From IMG/VR virus record IMGVR_UViG_3300037137_001341, positions 52,238-116,237 of that record: 64,000 nt of DNA; one strand, given 5' to 3'. The translations under genes were made by a program, and so were the position numbers. The stretch's first letter is position 1, and every line of letters starts with the position of its first letter. This stretch comes from a virus. The notes below the pieces were generated by a model. The model was given only the letters and a program-made list of their open reading frames with translations. It was not told where the DNA came from and ran no database searches. Below, in pieces: positions 36,134-46,066 of the stretch.

Positions 36134-38776
36134 CTACGACGGCTGCGCCTGCGCTGCCCGCGCCTGATGCTGCGCCGCGATCTGCTGCCAGAGCTTCTCG
36201 ACCCAGCGCTTGCCGTCGCGTCGCAGGATCACCGACTCGGCGCCGCCCGGCATCCCCCTCACGACGCTCAGCAAGTCCTCCGGCTTGTGCATCTGCACGA
36301 GCGCGCCGCTCGGGTCGGGGTACGCCTCCACGAAGCGCTGCGCGAAGATTTCTGCCGGGAGCCCGACGTTGATCGCCCGCTCGACCTCGGCGCGGAACTC
36401 CACGATGGCCGTGTCCGGGAAGATGGCCCCCAGCGCGTTCGTGCCCTGTCCGTTCTGGGGCACATGCTCCTGCGGTGGGGACTGGACCTGCGGGGCCGGC
36501 TGCGGGGACATGTTCTGGGGAGGCGGCTGGACCTGCTGCATCGGAGGAGCCATCGGCGTGGTCGGCTGCATCGGCTGGACCTGTTGCTGTGGCTGCGGCT
36601 GCGGCTGGAACGGCGCCTCGGGCGGGATAGTCGGCTGGTGCCCCGCGACGGGCACAGATCCCTGCGAGGCCCACGCAACCGTCCGTCGCGGCTGCGGCCT
36701 CGGGATCCGCTGCTGCTGTGGCGGCTGCCCCTGCCCCTGAGCCGGCGGCAGCTGGCGCGGAGCGCCCGGTTGCCCCTGTCCACCACCGGCGCGTGCTTCC
36801 ATCGCCCTCGGGAGCCACTCGTTCATCGTCTCGAACGCCTTCGAGAGCCCCATGCCGACGGTGCCGACGAAGCGCTCGCCCGCGGTCTGGTTCGCGTTCT
36901 CGTCGGTCTTCGTGAAACCGAGCGCCTCGGCCTGCGCCGTGATCTTGCCGATCACCTGCACCGGGTCCTTCGACTTCTCGGCTTCCTCTCGGGCCTCCGA
37001 AAGCTCCTCTTCGAGCCGCGCGATCCGCTCCTTCGCGTTCGCCAGCTGCATGTCCCACGTGCTCTTGGTCGTGTCCACGCGGGTCGTATGCTGCTCACCC
37101 TGCATCCGAAGCTCGCGGGCGTGCTGCTCCCGCATGTCCTTGATGCGGTCGTCGAAGCGCGCAACCGTCTCGGCCACCCGGCGCTCGGCGACGTCGCGCT
37201 CCTCGCGCCTCGTCTGCTCGACCTGCCCCTTCAGTTCGGTCTCGCGGTCACGCCACCGGCGCTCGGTCTGCTCCAGAATCTCCCGTGCATGCTTCTCGGA
37301 GTCTTCGAGCCGCTCACGCAGGCGCTTCAGTTCATCGTCGTGCCGCTCCTTCAGCGCCGAGCCGGACTCGCGGTTCTGCTCGCGGATCCGGTTCGTCTCC
37401 TCCATGTGAGCCTGACGCAGACGCACGATCTCGTCCTCGGCGTTCTTGCCTGGGTGCATCTCCTTCACGAGATGCACGGCGTCCTGCACCGGGTTCTGCG
37501 ACACGCGCTGGTTCTGCTGCTGCTCCGCGAGCCTTTCGAGCTTCAGACCCATCTGCTTGGCGTCCTCGCGTGCGAGGGACAGCTGCTCGCGCAGCGACTC
37601 TTCGCGTCTCTCAGCCGACCTGTTCGCCTGCTCCACTGCCTGCTTGCTGGCATCGCTGACGATCGACAGGACGTCCTTGTTCGGGGCGGCACTCACCAGC
37701 GCCGCCTTGCGAAGCTCCTCCTTCTCCTCGTCGGCACGCTTCAGCAGGTTCTGCATGAAGTCGATATTCGTCCGGTGCATCGCTGCGTCGGCCGGTGTCG
37801 CCGGGACGGCGCCTTGCTGGAACCCTGGTGCGAACGGATTCATCGAACTTTCTCCCTGCTTCTGCTGATTCTGCTTGGTCGGATTGGTGCCCGGGAGCAC
37901 CGCCAGGTTCGGCGGGAACACCGGAACGGTGTAGCGGAACGGATCGGTCTTCGCCTTGATGATGGGAAGGCCAGTCGCTGGATCTCGGCGCCCCTTCGGA
38001 TCGGGGCCGTAGACGGTGAGCGCGTAGACACGGCCCCCGTACCACTGGTGGAACTCGCTCTCGGTGATCGCCTCCCGGATCTCACCGAGGTAGCCCGAGC
38101 ACGGGATCTGCGCCCAGACCCTCGGTTCCAGCCGCTCGACGCGAATGAAGTGCTGGCCGTCACCGATGGTGAAGCGCGCGTACACATCCCGCAGGTTCTT
38201 CGGCTGCTTCCAGCCGACCAGATCCTCGTTGTCTGTCGGCCGCACCTCCCCGATCGTCGGGTGAGTACGCATCCTCGGATCTGCTTCGGTCGCGGGGATC
38301 TCGTCCATCGGTGAGTGGACCACTTCCTCCTGCGGGTCACCCTCCGTGAGCCCCTCGTCGTACACGTCGGCCACCGGCTGCTGCGAGCGCGAGGGCCTGG
38401 CAGGGAGCGGTGGCTCGCTCTCCCCCTCATCTGCTGGGGGCGGGTGCCGCCGCAGCACAGCCTCGAAGGCAGCGGAGACGGCAGCTGCCGGCGCTTCGCG
38501 GCGTTTGACGGCCACGACTGGCTCGGGGTGCTCTTTCCTGGCCTCTTCCCGGGCGTCCTCGGTCATGGCCAGGAACTCGTCCGGGTCTATGCGCCGACGG
38601 CGAGCTTCGGCGCGGAGCTTGTTGGCCCAGCGCGCCTTGAGTGCGCCCCGCTCCCTCGGTGACATGTCCGCGTACGGCTGGTACGCGACGCCGTAGAGCC
38701 GGGACTCAGCCAGCAACTGCCGATCGATCTGCCTGGCTGAATCCTCGGGCTGCTGCTCGGAGGCCGGTTCGCTCAT
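36134..38776 (-). CDS. Large coiled-coil protein (880 aa)
   Basis: Acidic N-part, globular middle, long E/R/K heptad region, Q/P-rich linker, helical C-domain. Confidence 0.8.
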   Translation of the reverse strand: MSEPASEQQPEDSARQIDRQLLAESRLYGVAYQPYADMSPRERGALKARWANKLRAEARRRRIDPDEFLAMTEDAREEARKEHPEPVVAVKRREAPAAAVSAAFEAVLRRHPPPADEGESEPPLPARPSRSQQPVADVYDEGLTEGDPQEEVVHSPMDEIPATEADPRMRTHPTIGEVRPTDNEDLVGWKQPKNLRDVYARFTIGDGQHFIRVERLEPRVWAQIPCSGYLGEIREAITESEFHQWYGGRVYALTVYGPDPKGRRDPATGLPIIKAKTDPFRYTVPVFPPNLAVLPGTNPTKQNQQKQGESSMNPFAPGFQQGAVPATPADAAMHRTNIDFMQNLLKRADEEKEELRKAALVSAAPNKDVLSIVSDASKQAVEQANRSAERREESLREQLSLAREDAKQMGLKLERLAEQQQNQRVSQNPVQDAVHLVKEMHPGKNAEDEIVRLRQAHMEETNRIREQNRESGSALKERHDDELKRLRERLEDSEKHAREILEQTERRWRDRETELKGQVEQTRREERDVAERRVAETVARFDDRIKDMREQHARELRMQGEQHTTRVDTTKSTWDMQLANAKERIARLEEELSEAREEAEKSKDPVQVIGKITAQAEALGFTKTDENANQTAGERFVGTVGMGLSKAFETMNEWLPRAMEARAGGGQGQPGAPRQLPPAQGQGQPPQQQRIPRPQPRRTVAWASQGSVPVAGHQPTIPPEAPFQPQPQPQQQVQPMQPTTPMAPPMQQVQPPPQNMSPQPAPQVQSPPQEHVPQNGQGTNALGAIFPDTAIVEFRAEVERAINVGLPAEIFAQRFVEAYPDPSGALVQMHKPEDLLSVVRGMPGGAESVILRRDGKRWVEKLWQQIAAQHQARAAQAQPS

Positions 38777-39309
38777 GCGTCCTCGGGAGCCTCATCCTCG
38801 TCGTCATCGTCATCGTCGTCATCATCCTCGTCCTCGATGACGATCGACTTGGTGAAGTCAGCCATCCCCTGTGTCATGCGCCGCAAGGTCGCGAAGACCT
38901 CCCGCTGCGCGTCACCCTCGACACCGGCGGGGACCAGGCTCGTGAGCCCGTCGAGCAGCTTGGTGTACTGCTCGAACAGCTGGAGGTACTTGTCGGCGTC
39001 TTCCTTCAGGAGCGCTGACGTGTCACCGGCACCATCCGGGAGATCCGCGACGTGGTTTTCGAGATCCACGATGGCGACGGCGCTAGCCGACGCGAGATCC
39101 ATGATCAGCGTCATCACGGTGCCGCCGACCTCGCGGTAGACCTTCGCAATCTCCGGCTTGCCAGCGTCGTCCGCGGACTTCGCCAGGGACGCAAACCTGT
39201 CGCGTCCCTCCGCGGCGTCGATGTAGAGCGTGCGGAACTCGCTCTCGGTGTCGGGCTCGTCTGTCGGTTCGGCCGGCGTCGTCTGCAGCGTCTGAGTGGG
39301 TTCGGACAT
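38773..39309 (-). CDS. Acidic helical protein
   Basis: 178 aa with poly-Asp C-terminus. Confidence 0.75.
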   Translation of the reverse strand: MSEPTQTLQTTPAEPTDEPDTESEFRTLYIDAAEGRDRFASLAKSADDAGKPEIAKVYREVGGTVMTLIMDLASASAVAIVDLENHVADLPDGAGDTSALLKEDADKYLQLFEQYTKLLDGLTSLVPAGVEGDAQREVFATLRRMTQGMADFTKSIVIEDEDDDDDDDDDEDEAPEDA

Positions 39310-39314
39310 GTACT

Positions 39315-40031
39315 TCAGTTCTCCTGGTTCTCGTCGTCGCGCTTCGGCTCATCGAAGATCCCGAAGCCCTGGAAGATGGGAAGGTGTGTGCGTTTTGCGC
39401 CCTGCTCGATCTTGAACTTGTCGAAGTCGTCGAGGCGCTTGATGCTCTCGACGTCGTACGGGTGGCGCATGTCGCAGGCCCACATGCCGAGATCGGACAC
39501 GGTCATAAACGTGCCCTCGGTCGTGCGACGCGCGGAGCAGAGGCGGTAGTGCTTCTTGTGCGTGGCGTTCAGGTAGAAGCTGCCCTGCTGGCGCACGTAG
39601 TGGTGGCACTGCGGCCGGATCGGCAAGACCTCGACCCACTCGTCGCTGGAGATGTTGGTCGCGCCCTGCTCCCGCACGAGGTTGTTCTTGACTCGATAGC
39701 AACCGTTCGGTGCGCGCGAAACGTCCGCGGGCTCGAACGTCGCTTTGATCTCTCCCCATTCGTCGCGCATCACGAACTTCGAGACGTCCGCCATGCACAC
39801 GAGCGACTCCGTCGAGAGCGCGGGGATGTCGTCGCCGTTGGTCGTCGTGTCGACCGTCACGGGCATCCCATCGGGGCCCGTGACGCGCATCGCTGGCCCC
39901 GGCTGGAAGTCCTCGTCCACCTCATCGAAGGGGTGGAACTCGGTTTCCGCGTCTACGTCGCCCTCGGGCCCCTCGTGAACGGTCTCATCCGGCTCAGCGC
40001 TGTCGCGCGAGTCCCCTGGTTCGTCGGACAT
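39315..40031 (-). CDS. Hypothetical protein with Cys/His motifs
   Basis: CHHY, C, WACD; acidic N-terminus. Confidence 0.75.
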   Translation of the reverse strand: MSDEPGDSRDSAEPDETVHEGPEGDVDAETEFHPFDEVDEDFQPGPAMRVTGPDGMPVTVDTTTNGDDIPALSTESLVCMADVSKFVMRDEWGEIKATFEPADVSRAPNGCYRVKNNLVREQGATNISSDEWVEVLPIRPQCHHYVRQQGSFYLNATHKKHYRLCSARRTTEGTFMTVSDLGMWACDMRHPYDVESIKRLDDFDKFKIEQGAKRTHLPIFQGFGIFDEPKRDDENQEN

Positions 40032-40039
40032 GTGCCGGC

Positions 40040-40068
40040 ATGCTAACCACGGACATGTGCCCGATCAA
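40040..40068 (-). promoter_or_regulatory. Sigma70-type leaderless promoter
   Basis: TTGATC-17nt-TAGCAT, 8 nt before ATG at 40031. Confidence 0.55.
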
Positions 40069-40098
40069 CGCCCTGATCACTACCAAGCCTTGCAGAAC

Positions 40099-40590
40099 TC
40101 ACGCAGCGGGCTTGCCCGGCGCCTTGGGCACTTCCTGCGGCGTGGAGACATGTGACCCGTCGAACTCCTCGATGAAGCTCGCCAGCGCTGGGTCCGCCTG
40201 GACGATGGGGGCCTGTTTTCCGAGCTTCTGAAGCTCCGCCGCGAGGCCGTTCGAGACCCTCACGACGCGCTGAAGGTCGCGCATGAGCCACGCCTGGGCC
40301 ACGCCGGCCGCCTGACTCGACTCCCGGTAGAACCGCTGCCAGGTATCCCGCTCCTTTTCGATGCCCTCGATGATCCCGAAGAACTCGGAGGCCCTCCGCT
40401 CGTGCGTTCGGGCCAGATCGGCCAGTTCTCCGGCTGCCCCATTCGCGTCCTCGGCGCTCTTGACCGCGAGGTCGAACCCCGTTCGCAGCTGCTTGATCCG
40501 CTCCAGGGCCACATGCCACAGGGCCGCCAGCACCAGGAGGAGAAGCAGGGTGGAACCCCCGAATATCTGCGCAAGTAGTCGAAATGTCAT
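40099..40590 (-). CDS. N-terminal TM + coiled-coil protein
   Basis: MTFRLLAQIFGGSTLLLLLVLAALW then heptads. Confidence 0.7.
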   Translation of the reverse strand: MTFRLLAQIFGGSTLLLLLVLAALWHVALERIKQLRTGFDLAVKSAEDANGAAGELADLARTHERRASEFFGIIEGIEKERDTWQRFYRESSQAAGVAQAWLMRDLQRVVRVSNGLAAELQKLGKQAPIVQADPALASFIEEFDGSHVSTPQEVPKAPGKPAA

Positions 40591-41015
40591 CCGTATTCTC
40601 TCTGAAGCCAACGGAGCGCGCAGTCGGCTCCAGGGTGAAGGTGGGGGCCCGTAGCCGCGGGATCGGCCCAGATCCAGGCCGTGTGCTCGCCGTCGAGCTT
40701 CGGCGCGAACTCCTCCCGCACGGTAACCACGAAGAGGGTGTAGGCCAGCGCGACGGGCTCGCCGTCGCCGTCCCCAGTGACGACGTCGCCGTCGAGCAGC
40801 TGGACGAGATCCAGGCATGTGACGCAGTCCGTCAGGATCGCGGGGAGCCCCGTCTCCTCGTCCAGTTCTCGGGCGGCCGTCGCTTCCGGCGCCTCGCCGG
40901 GATCGGACATGCCACCGGGGTGGCTCCATCCCTGGCCGTCCGTGCGCTCCATGAGCAGCACGCGGCCGGTGTTCTCGGCGAGAATGAGGGTGCCGGCGGC
41001 GCGAGGTATGGTCAC
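40587..41015 (-). CDS. Nudix hydrolase
   Basis: Nudix box GGMSDPGEAPEATAARELDEETGL. Confidence 0.93.
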   Translation of the reverse strand: MTIPRAAGTLILAENTGRVLLMERTDGQGWSHPGGMSDPGEAPEATAARELDEETGLPAILTDCVTCLDLVQLLDGDVVTGDGDGEPVALAYTLFVVTVREEFAPKLDGEHTAWIWADPAATGPHLHPGADCALRWLQREYG

Positions 41016-41281
41016 GTCACGTCACTCTCGGGGCGATCCCCGATGACGATCCCTCGATGCTGATTCGCGCGCCGCGCCCGCTTCTCCGGCTTCGGCGTGT
41101 CACGATCGTAGCCCTTCTCGCGCCATGCTTTCATGTACTTGCGGTGGCACTCCTTGCAGTGCCGCTGGTAGCCGTCGCGGCGGTGCGTGGCGAAAAGCGC
41201 GGTGCTCAGGAAGTCCTGGTGGCCGGCGCACCACGCCTTTCCCTCCGGCGGGTCGCCGTGAATGGTTGCACGCTTCGCCAT
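41012..41281 (-). CDS. Small Zn-finger-like basic protein
   Basis: CAGH...F...DGYQRHCKEC. Confidence 0.65.
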   Translation of the reverse strand: MAKRATIHGDPPEGKAWCAGHQDFLSTALFATHRRDGYQRHCKECHRKYMKAWREKGYDRDTPKPEKRARRANQHRGIVIGDRPESDVT

Positions 41282-41599
41282 TCACGCGCCCCGCAGAAAC
41301 GCTTCCATCCGATCCCCGAGCAAGTTCACGACCTGCTCCCTCGTGGTGGCCCCGGATTCGATCGCCATCACGAACAGTTCCGCGATCTTGCGCACGTCAT
41401 CTGCCGGCACATACCCCGCGTCCCGCAGATCCTGCTCGGTGGCCCATTCGCAGCCGCTGGGCTTGAAGTTCTCGGTGCCCACGACGGTCCCGGTCCCCCG
41501 GCCGGTCTTTGTCACCAGCAGGGCGAACCTCGTGGGATCCGGCCGGGTGAACATGATGGGGCGCGTGGCGCCGGCCGGGATGCTCTCTTCGTCCATCAT
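41282..41599 (-). CDS. Hypothetical protein
   Basis: 105 aa, coupled. Confidence 0.6.
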   Translation of the reverse strand: MMDEESIPAGATRPIMFTRPDPTRFALLVTKTGRGTGTVVGTENFKPSGCEWATEQDLRDAGYVPADDVRKIAELFVMAIESGATTREQVVNLLGDRMEAFLRGA

Positions 41600-42186
41600 T
41601 TTCCACGCCCCAGCCGGCGCGACGCAGCGCCCGGCAGCGCCCCGCGCCCCCCGCTCGGCGGCAGCTGCCCGCGCTCCGCTTCGGCCGCGATCAGCCGCTG
41701 TTCCAGCCGCTCGATCACCCCGAGGAGCTTGATGTTGGCCATCTGGCCGGTCCGGCTGTCGGCGCGCCCCATGGCCTCGGGATCGTAGATGTTCGTGGCG
41801 ATCGGGCCGCCGCCGAAGATCCCGCCCGCCGTGGAGCCCCCGAGGCCATGTACCCCGTCGAGAAGCTCGGCCTCCTCCTCGTACCAGCGCTCCCGCGCTT
41901 CCTCCGCGCTCTCCCCGCGGTCGTCCCCGCGGTACCTGACCACGGGGGACCCCTCGAACTCCTGCGACCTGTGCCGCTCGATCGCCTCCTCGCGGGTGCG
42001 CGCGAGCGCGGCGCCGCTGGCGTCCCCGAGCGGGTCCGGCCGCGTGATCGCCCGCGTCGGCGTTGGAGCGGGGTCGGCAGTGCCGACCCCCATCGCCTTC
42101 TCCAGCATCTCCCGCTTGATGACGTCGACCGTGACGCCCCGCATCTTGGCCAGCAGCTTCAGCGCCTCCTCGAAGTCGTCGGACAT
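41596..42186 (-). CDS. Hypothetical protein
   Basis: MSDDFEEALK...; TTGCGA-17-TACCCT promoter (42194-42222) 7 nt upstream. Confidence 0.65.
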   Translation of the reverse strand: MSDDFEEALKLLAKMRGVTVDVIKREMLEKAMGVGTADPAPTPTRAITRPDPLGDASGAALARTREEAIERHRSQEFEGSPVVRYRGDDRGESAEEARERWYEEEAELLDGVHGLGGSTAGGIFGGGPIATNIYDPEAMGRADSRTGQMANIKLLGVIERLEQRLIAAEAERGQLPPSGGRGALPGAASRRLGRGK

Positions 42187-42200
42187 GCGCTCAAGGGTAG

Positions 42201-42566
42201 CTAGCCACTCGACGATTCGCAAGCCCCGAGCGCCTTCTGCACCGCGTCCTCGCCGTCGTCCGTGTCCTCCGCGGGAGTGCCCTTTGGGAACTGTTCCCGC
42301 GCGAGCTTGCGGAGCGCCTTGCGGGACTCCTTCGTCATCACCCAGTCCGGGTTCCCGATGCAGCGCCCGGTGTTCAGACTGAACTCGACGGCGTTCGCGC
42401 TGCCCCAGGTGAGCAGGGCACGTGTCCGCGTATCCAGTCGGACGAGCGACTCCTCGCGTTCCTGCAGCGCGGCTGCGGTGCGCTTGTAACCGCCGCGCTT
42501 CAGCTTGCCGTCCTCGGTCTGCTCGCGGGTGAGAACGGGCCAGTACTGGAGCTTCACGGCGGTCAT
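42201..42566 (-). CDS. Hypothetical protein
   Basis: 121 aa, coupled. Confidence 0.6.
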   Translation of the reverse strand: MTAVKLQYWPVLTREQTEDGKLKRGGYKRTAAALQEREESLVRLDTRTRALLTWGSANAVEFSLNTGRCIGNPDWVMTKESRKALRKLAREQFPKGTPAEDTDDGEDAVQKALGACESSSG

Positions 42567-44032
42567 GGTTTGCCTCGCACTTCGTCACGGAGCGCCGACG
42601 GCAACGTCTCGAAGAGCGACACGATCAGGCGGTGAACACGCTCACCGAGGTTTGGCGTCGCCGCCAGTTGCCTTGCGAGCCGGACCAGCGCGGCGCGGTC
42701 GCTCTTCGCGGCGTCGCGCTCGGCCGTGATGGTCACGACCTCTTCCAGAGACGTGGACTTCTGGAGCGCGGCTACTTCGTCCACGAGAACGAGTGTCGCG
42801 CTGCGAACCGCGGAGCGAGTCCTCGTGGCTTCCTGATCCTGCACCAGAGACATATCCGCCTGCAGCTTCCGGTTCTCGGCAACCAGTCGCTCGTTCCCCG
42901 CTGCTAACAATCGTGCTTCACCCTCCGCGTCGTTGCGCCGCTTCGCGTGGTCGGCGATCTGTCCGATGGCGACCATCTTGGACTGCTCAGCCTCGTCCTT
43001 CTCGCGCTCCAGCCTGATGAGTCGCTGGTTGGCGAGCGCGAGCCGGCCGCGCACTACCTCTACCTCCGCCGTCAGCCACGCCACTCGACGCACGCTGTTG
43101 TGGTCCTCCAGATGCGCCGCTAACTTCTCAGCGTCGTCGAACGTCTTGTCGCAGATCAGGCAGGTGATCGGGCCGGCGAATGTCAGCGCCTCCGCGTCCA
43201 CAGCCCGCTCCGCTTCCGCTGCCTCCGCGTCGGTCAGGGCGAAGCCGACGTCCTCGCGCGGCTCCTGTCGCGGATCGCTCCACCCTTCGGGCATACCAAC
43301 CTCGTCGAGCTTGCGCTGCAGCTCGCTCACGCGGTCGTTCGCCGCCGCGTACTGCTGCGCGAGGTCGTTGTAATCCCTCACCATCGTCGCCACGACCGCG
43401 TCCACGTCCGCGCCGCGCTTGGCATACTCAGCCTGCTCGGCGAGCACCTCCTCGATGACCTCCGGCGACGCCGCCACATGCACCTGCTTGTTCCACTGCT
43501 CCCGCTGCGCGATGCGGAGCAAGATCAGGTAGCCCAGAAGATCCTTGATGACGTCCTCGCCTGCGGCGATGCCGCGCATGAGCCGCGAGAGCTTGTCGTC
43601 GATTCGGACACGGATCTGTTCCACCGTGTCGGACTTCGCGAAGATCCTGACGGGCGAGAGCGCAGAGGAACCGTATGCGCGGTTTTTCTCCAGCAGCATC
43701 GCCTTGAGCGCGTCGCACTCCTCGGAGATGCGCTCGGCGTCGCTGCGCATCGCGCGCTCGACCGCGTGGTCGTTCAGGTCATCGTTCGTGTTGCTTCCGT
43801 CCATGCTGCTGCCTCCAATGGTCCGTGCTCTCCACGCCTCGTCCTCGCCGGCTTCTTCCAGATCGGTCAACATCTCTCGCAGGCTCGTCACATCCTTGCC
43901 AAGTGAGACAGGGATACTGGAGTTCCCGTACTTGTGCCAAACCTCGAAGCCATCAGCGCAACCGGCACTGCGCACCGCGTAGAGATTGCCGCGCCGCCAG
44001 ACCGGGCTGTCATCGTTCGTCGTCTGTTCCAT
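42563..44032 (-). CDS. Multidomain protein: DUF1599/Nmad1-like all-alpha domain + C2H2 finger + coiled coil
   Basis: KNRAYGSS, IRVRIDDKLSRL, EDVIKDLLGYLIL; CLICDKTF..AEKLAAHLEDH; internal GGAGG-ATG at 43804. Confidence 0.7.
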   Translation of the reverse strand: MEQTTNDDSPVWRRGNLYAVRSAGCADGFEVWHKYGNSSIPVSLGKDVTSLREMLTDLEEAGEDEAWRARTIGGSSMDGSNTNDDLNDHAVERAMRSDAERISEECDALKAMLLEKNRAYGSSALSPVRIFAKSDTVEQIRVRIDDKLSRLMRGIAAGEDVIKDLLGYLILLRIAQREQWNKQVHVAASPEVIEEVLAEQAEYAKRGADVDAVVATMVRDYNDLAQQYAAANDRVSELQRKLDEVGMPEGWSDPRQEPREDVGFALTDAEAAEAERAVDAEALTFAGPITCLICDKTFDDAEKLAAHLEDHNSVRRVAWLTAEVEVVRGRLALANQRLIRLEREKDEAEQSKMVAIGQIADHAKRRNDAEGEARLLAAGNERLVAENRKLQADMSLVQDQEATRTRSAVRSATLVLVDEVAALQKSTSLEEVVTITAERDAAKSDRAALVRLARQLAATPNLGERVHRLIVSLFETLPSALRDEVRGKP

Positions 44033-44131
44033 GCTCCCTCTCATCTTTTCGTTCCGCCCGTCGCCACACGTACGTCGCCACCATCACGACGCGCCAGGCG
44101 TTGCACCACCTGGACGCCTCACTCGTGTCGG

Positions 44132-44530
44132 TCACGCGCCCTCCATCTTGCAGTCCTCGCCGCACGTTGCGCAGCACCCGTCCTCGTCCGCCTTGACGTG
44201 AGGGCCACAGGTCGGACAGGTGAACGACCCGCCCGCGAGTTCCGCGGCTCGTTCCTTCTCCCACTCGTCCAGCGCGTCTACTGCGTCGGCGAGCGCGTCG
44301 AGTAGACCGCGTCCCGTCTCCTCGTGCGCCTCTGCCTCCCTATCCATGTCCTCTTTCCGCCAGTCCCGCGCAGCGCAGACGATCTCGCGCTGCATCTTGA
44401 ACTTGTCCTCGTACGCGGCGCACATGGCACCAAGCTGGTCGCGCTCCTTCTCGGCGCGTGCCAGCCGGTCGCGTAGCTCCTGCTCGTACGGCGTGCTCGC
44501 TGGCATCTGGTCGCGGCTGATGAGGGTCAT
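44132..44530 (-). CDS. Coiled-coil protein with C-terminal Zn ribbon
   Basis: CPTCG...GCCATCG. Confidence 0.65.
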   Translation of the reverse strand: MTLISRDQMPASTPYEQELRDRLARAEKERDQLGAMCAAYEDKFKMQREIVCAARDWRKEDMDREAEAHEETGRGLLDALADAVDALDEWEKERAAELAGGSFTCPTCGPHVKADEDGCCATCGEDCKMEGA

Positions 44531-44958
44531 GTGCTGTTCGCGCACACCGCGCACCCCTCGTCGGGAGCGAGCAGCACAGTCCGGTGGTTCGGGCACGGTT
44601 GGCGCATCGAGTCGATGCGAGCGAGCAATCGGTCGCGCTCGTCGCTCAGGCGCTTCGCCTCGTCGGCGGCCTCCCCGATCAGCGCGTTCGCACGGTCGAG
44701 CGCTCCTCTCAGGTCGTCCCTCACGGATGGTTCCCACCACACGACAAGCACCTGTACCTGCGCCCACCAGAGGTTCTGTAGCTCCCACTGCAGCGTCTCG
44801 TGGGCGTCCTTCAGCGCCTCCCAGCGGGAGCGCTCCATCATCTCGGCGGGCACCACGAACGGCTCCATGTAGAGCGTGTGCAGGAAGTGCTCCACCGCGT
44901 CGGCAGCGCGCCCTTCCCAGACGCGGACACGGATGCTCAGCGGGGTCACGTCCTTCAT
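44527..44958 (-). CDS. Hypothetical protein with C-terminal Cys/His motif
   Basis: CPNH...GCAVC. Confidence 0.6.
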   Translation of the reverse strand: MKDVTPLSIRVRVWEGRAADAVEHFLHTLYMEPFVVPAEMMERSRWEALKDAHETLQWELQNLWWAQVQVLVVWWEPSVRDDLRGALDRANALIGEAADEAKRLSDERDRLLARIDSMRQPCPNHRTVLLAPDEGCAVCANST

Positions 44959-45143
44959 CAGTTCCCCTTCCCGCTGGGCGGCTCTTCCTGGAACAGCGCC
45001 ACGAAGTTCACGAAGAAGTCCGCGAGCGCCTTCGTGCCGCGCAGACGCGCGAACGTGGCGGCCGTGATGCTCACGGTCAGGAACCAACTACCGTCCTCGT
45101 TCTGGTGAACGCTGATCCCGTTGCGACTCGGAGGCATGTCCAT
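44958..45143 (-). CDS. Small hypothetical protein
   Basis: AAGGAG RBS, coupled. Confidence 0.55.
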   Translation of the reverse strand: MDMPPSRNGISVHQNEDGSWFLTVSITAATFARLRGTKALADFFVNFVALFQEEPPSGKGN

Positions 45144-45153
45144 CGGTGCTCCT

Positions 45154-46065
45154 TCACTCCCCCATGTAGACGGCTTCGCCGGGCAGGAGCTTGCGAAACT
45201 GGATCCAGCCCTCGACGTTGCCGAGGAAGTTGCGAGCGCGCTTGTGCGTGAGCACCCACTCCCGTCCATTCCATTCGAGGTCGTCCTGACGGAAAAGCCC
45301 CAGTTCGCGCTGTGTCATGGGCCGAAGCGCGTGCTCGAACGGCGACATGTGCCCGTCGGCTCGGAGCTTGTCGCAGATCGCGCTCGCCTTCTCGGGCGTC
45401 GTAGCGTCGTGGCGCTCGTAGCTCACCGCCGCGCAGCGCCCGACACAGACCTTGACGGGATCGAAGCCGCGAGCGATTAGGGCGTGCTCCTCGACGCGCA
45501 CCACTCCGTACGGGCCGCGCACGAGCGGCAGATGCCAGTCACCGTAGTTCACCAAGAGCGGAACGCTGGCGAGCCTCGCTTCGCGCATCATGCCGGCGAT
45601 CTTGAACATCTCCGGCTGGGCCATCTTGCTGATGCGAAGCGCGTCCCAGTTGGCCCACTCAGTCGAGGTCACGATGACAGTGTGCCAAGCGTAGGTTTCG
45701 ATGACCCGGTTCGCGTGCTGCTTGTGGACGCCGTCGGCAGAGAGATCGCGCGCATGCGCCACGGCCTCAGCGACTGCGGTGTACCAGTGCCCACGCGCCT
45801 TGGCGTCGTCCATGTCGACGAGCACATCGTCCGCCTGCATGCCGCGCTGGTTCTTGCCGAACGCCTCCGGTACGAACGGATTCTCCATGACCTGCTCGAT
45901 GCGCCGCTCGACCGGGATCGCGCGGCTTGACGCGCTGTTGCGCGAGAGCACGCGGTGCGTGTTGAACTCTGCCAGGATGATCCTGGGGAATGTGACCTGC
46001 AACGTGGTCACGCGGTGGTCATTGGGACTCAGTGAGTCCGCCAGGATCTTTGCTTCGTAAGACAT
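45154..46065 (-). CDS. thyX: FAD-dependent thymidylate synthase (phage-type ThyX/Thy1)
   Basis: FPRIILAEFNTHRVLSRNSASSRAIP, HKQHANR, AQPE, HMSPFEH. Confidence 0.9.
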   Translation of the reverse strand: MSYEAKILADSLSPNDHRVTTLQVTFPRIILAEFNTHRVLSRNSASSRAIPVERRIEQVMENPFVPEAFGKNQRGMQADDVLVDMDDAKARGHWYTAVAEAVAHARDLSADGVHKQHANRVIETYAWHTVIVTSTEWANWDALRISKMAQPEMFKIAGMMREARLASVPLLVNYGDWHLPLVRGPYGVVRVEEHALIARGFDPVKVCVGRCAAVSYERHDATTPEKASAICDKLRADGHMSPFEHALRPMTQRELGLFRQDDLEWNGREWVLTHKRARNFLGNVEGWIQFRKLLPGEAVYMGE

Positions 46066-46066
46066 G

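Noticed and set aside
36092-38314. Long plus-strand ORFs (also 21220-23214, 30805-32775, 18670-20166)
   Set aside because: Antisense shadows of real minus-strand genes; R/L/H-rich composition typical of GC-rich off-frames, no RBS or motifs
36134-38776. 880-aa coiled-coil protein as tail tape measure or SMC ATPase
   Set aside because: No tail gene context, no Walker motifs, lacks the Ala/Gly-rich tape-measure composition
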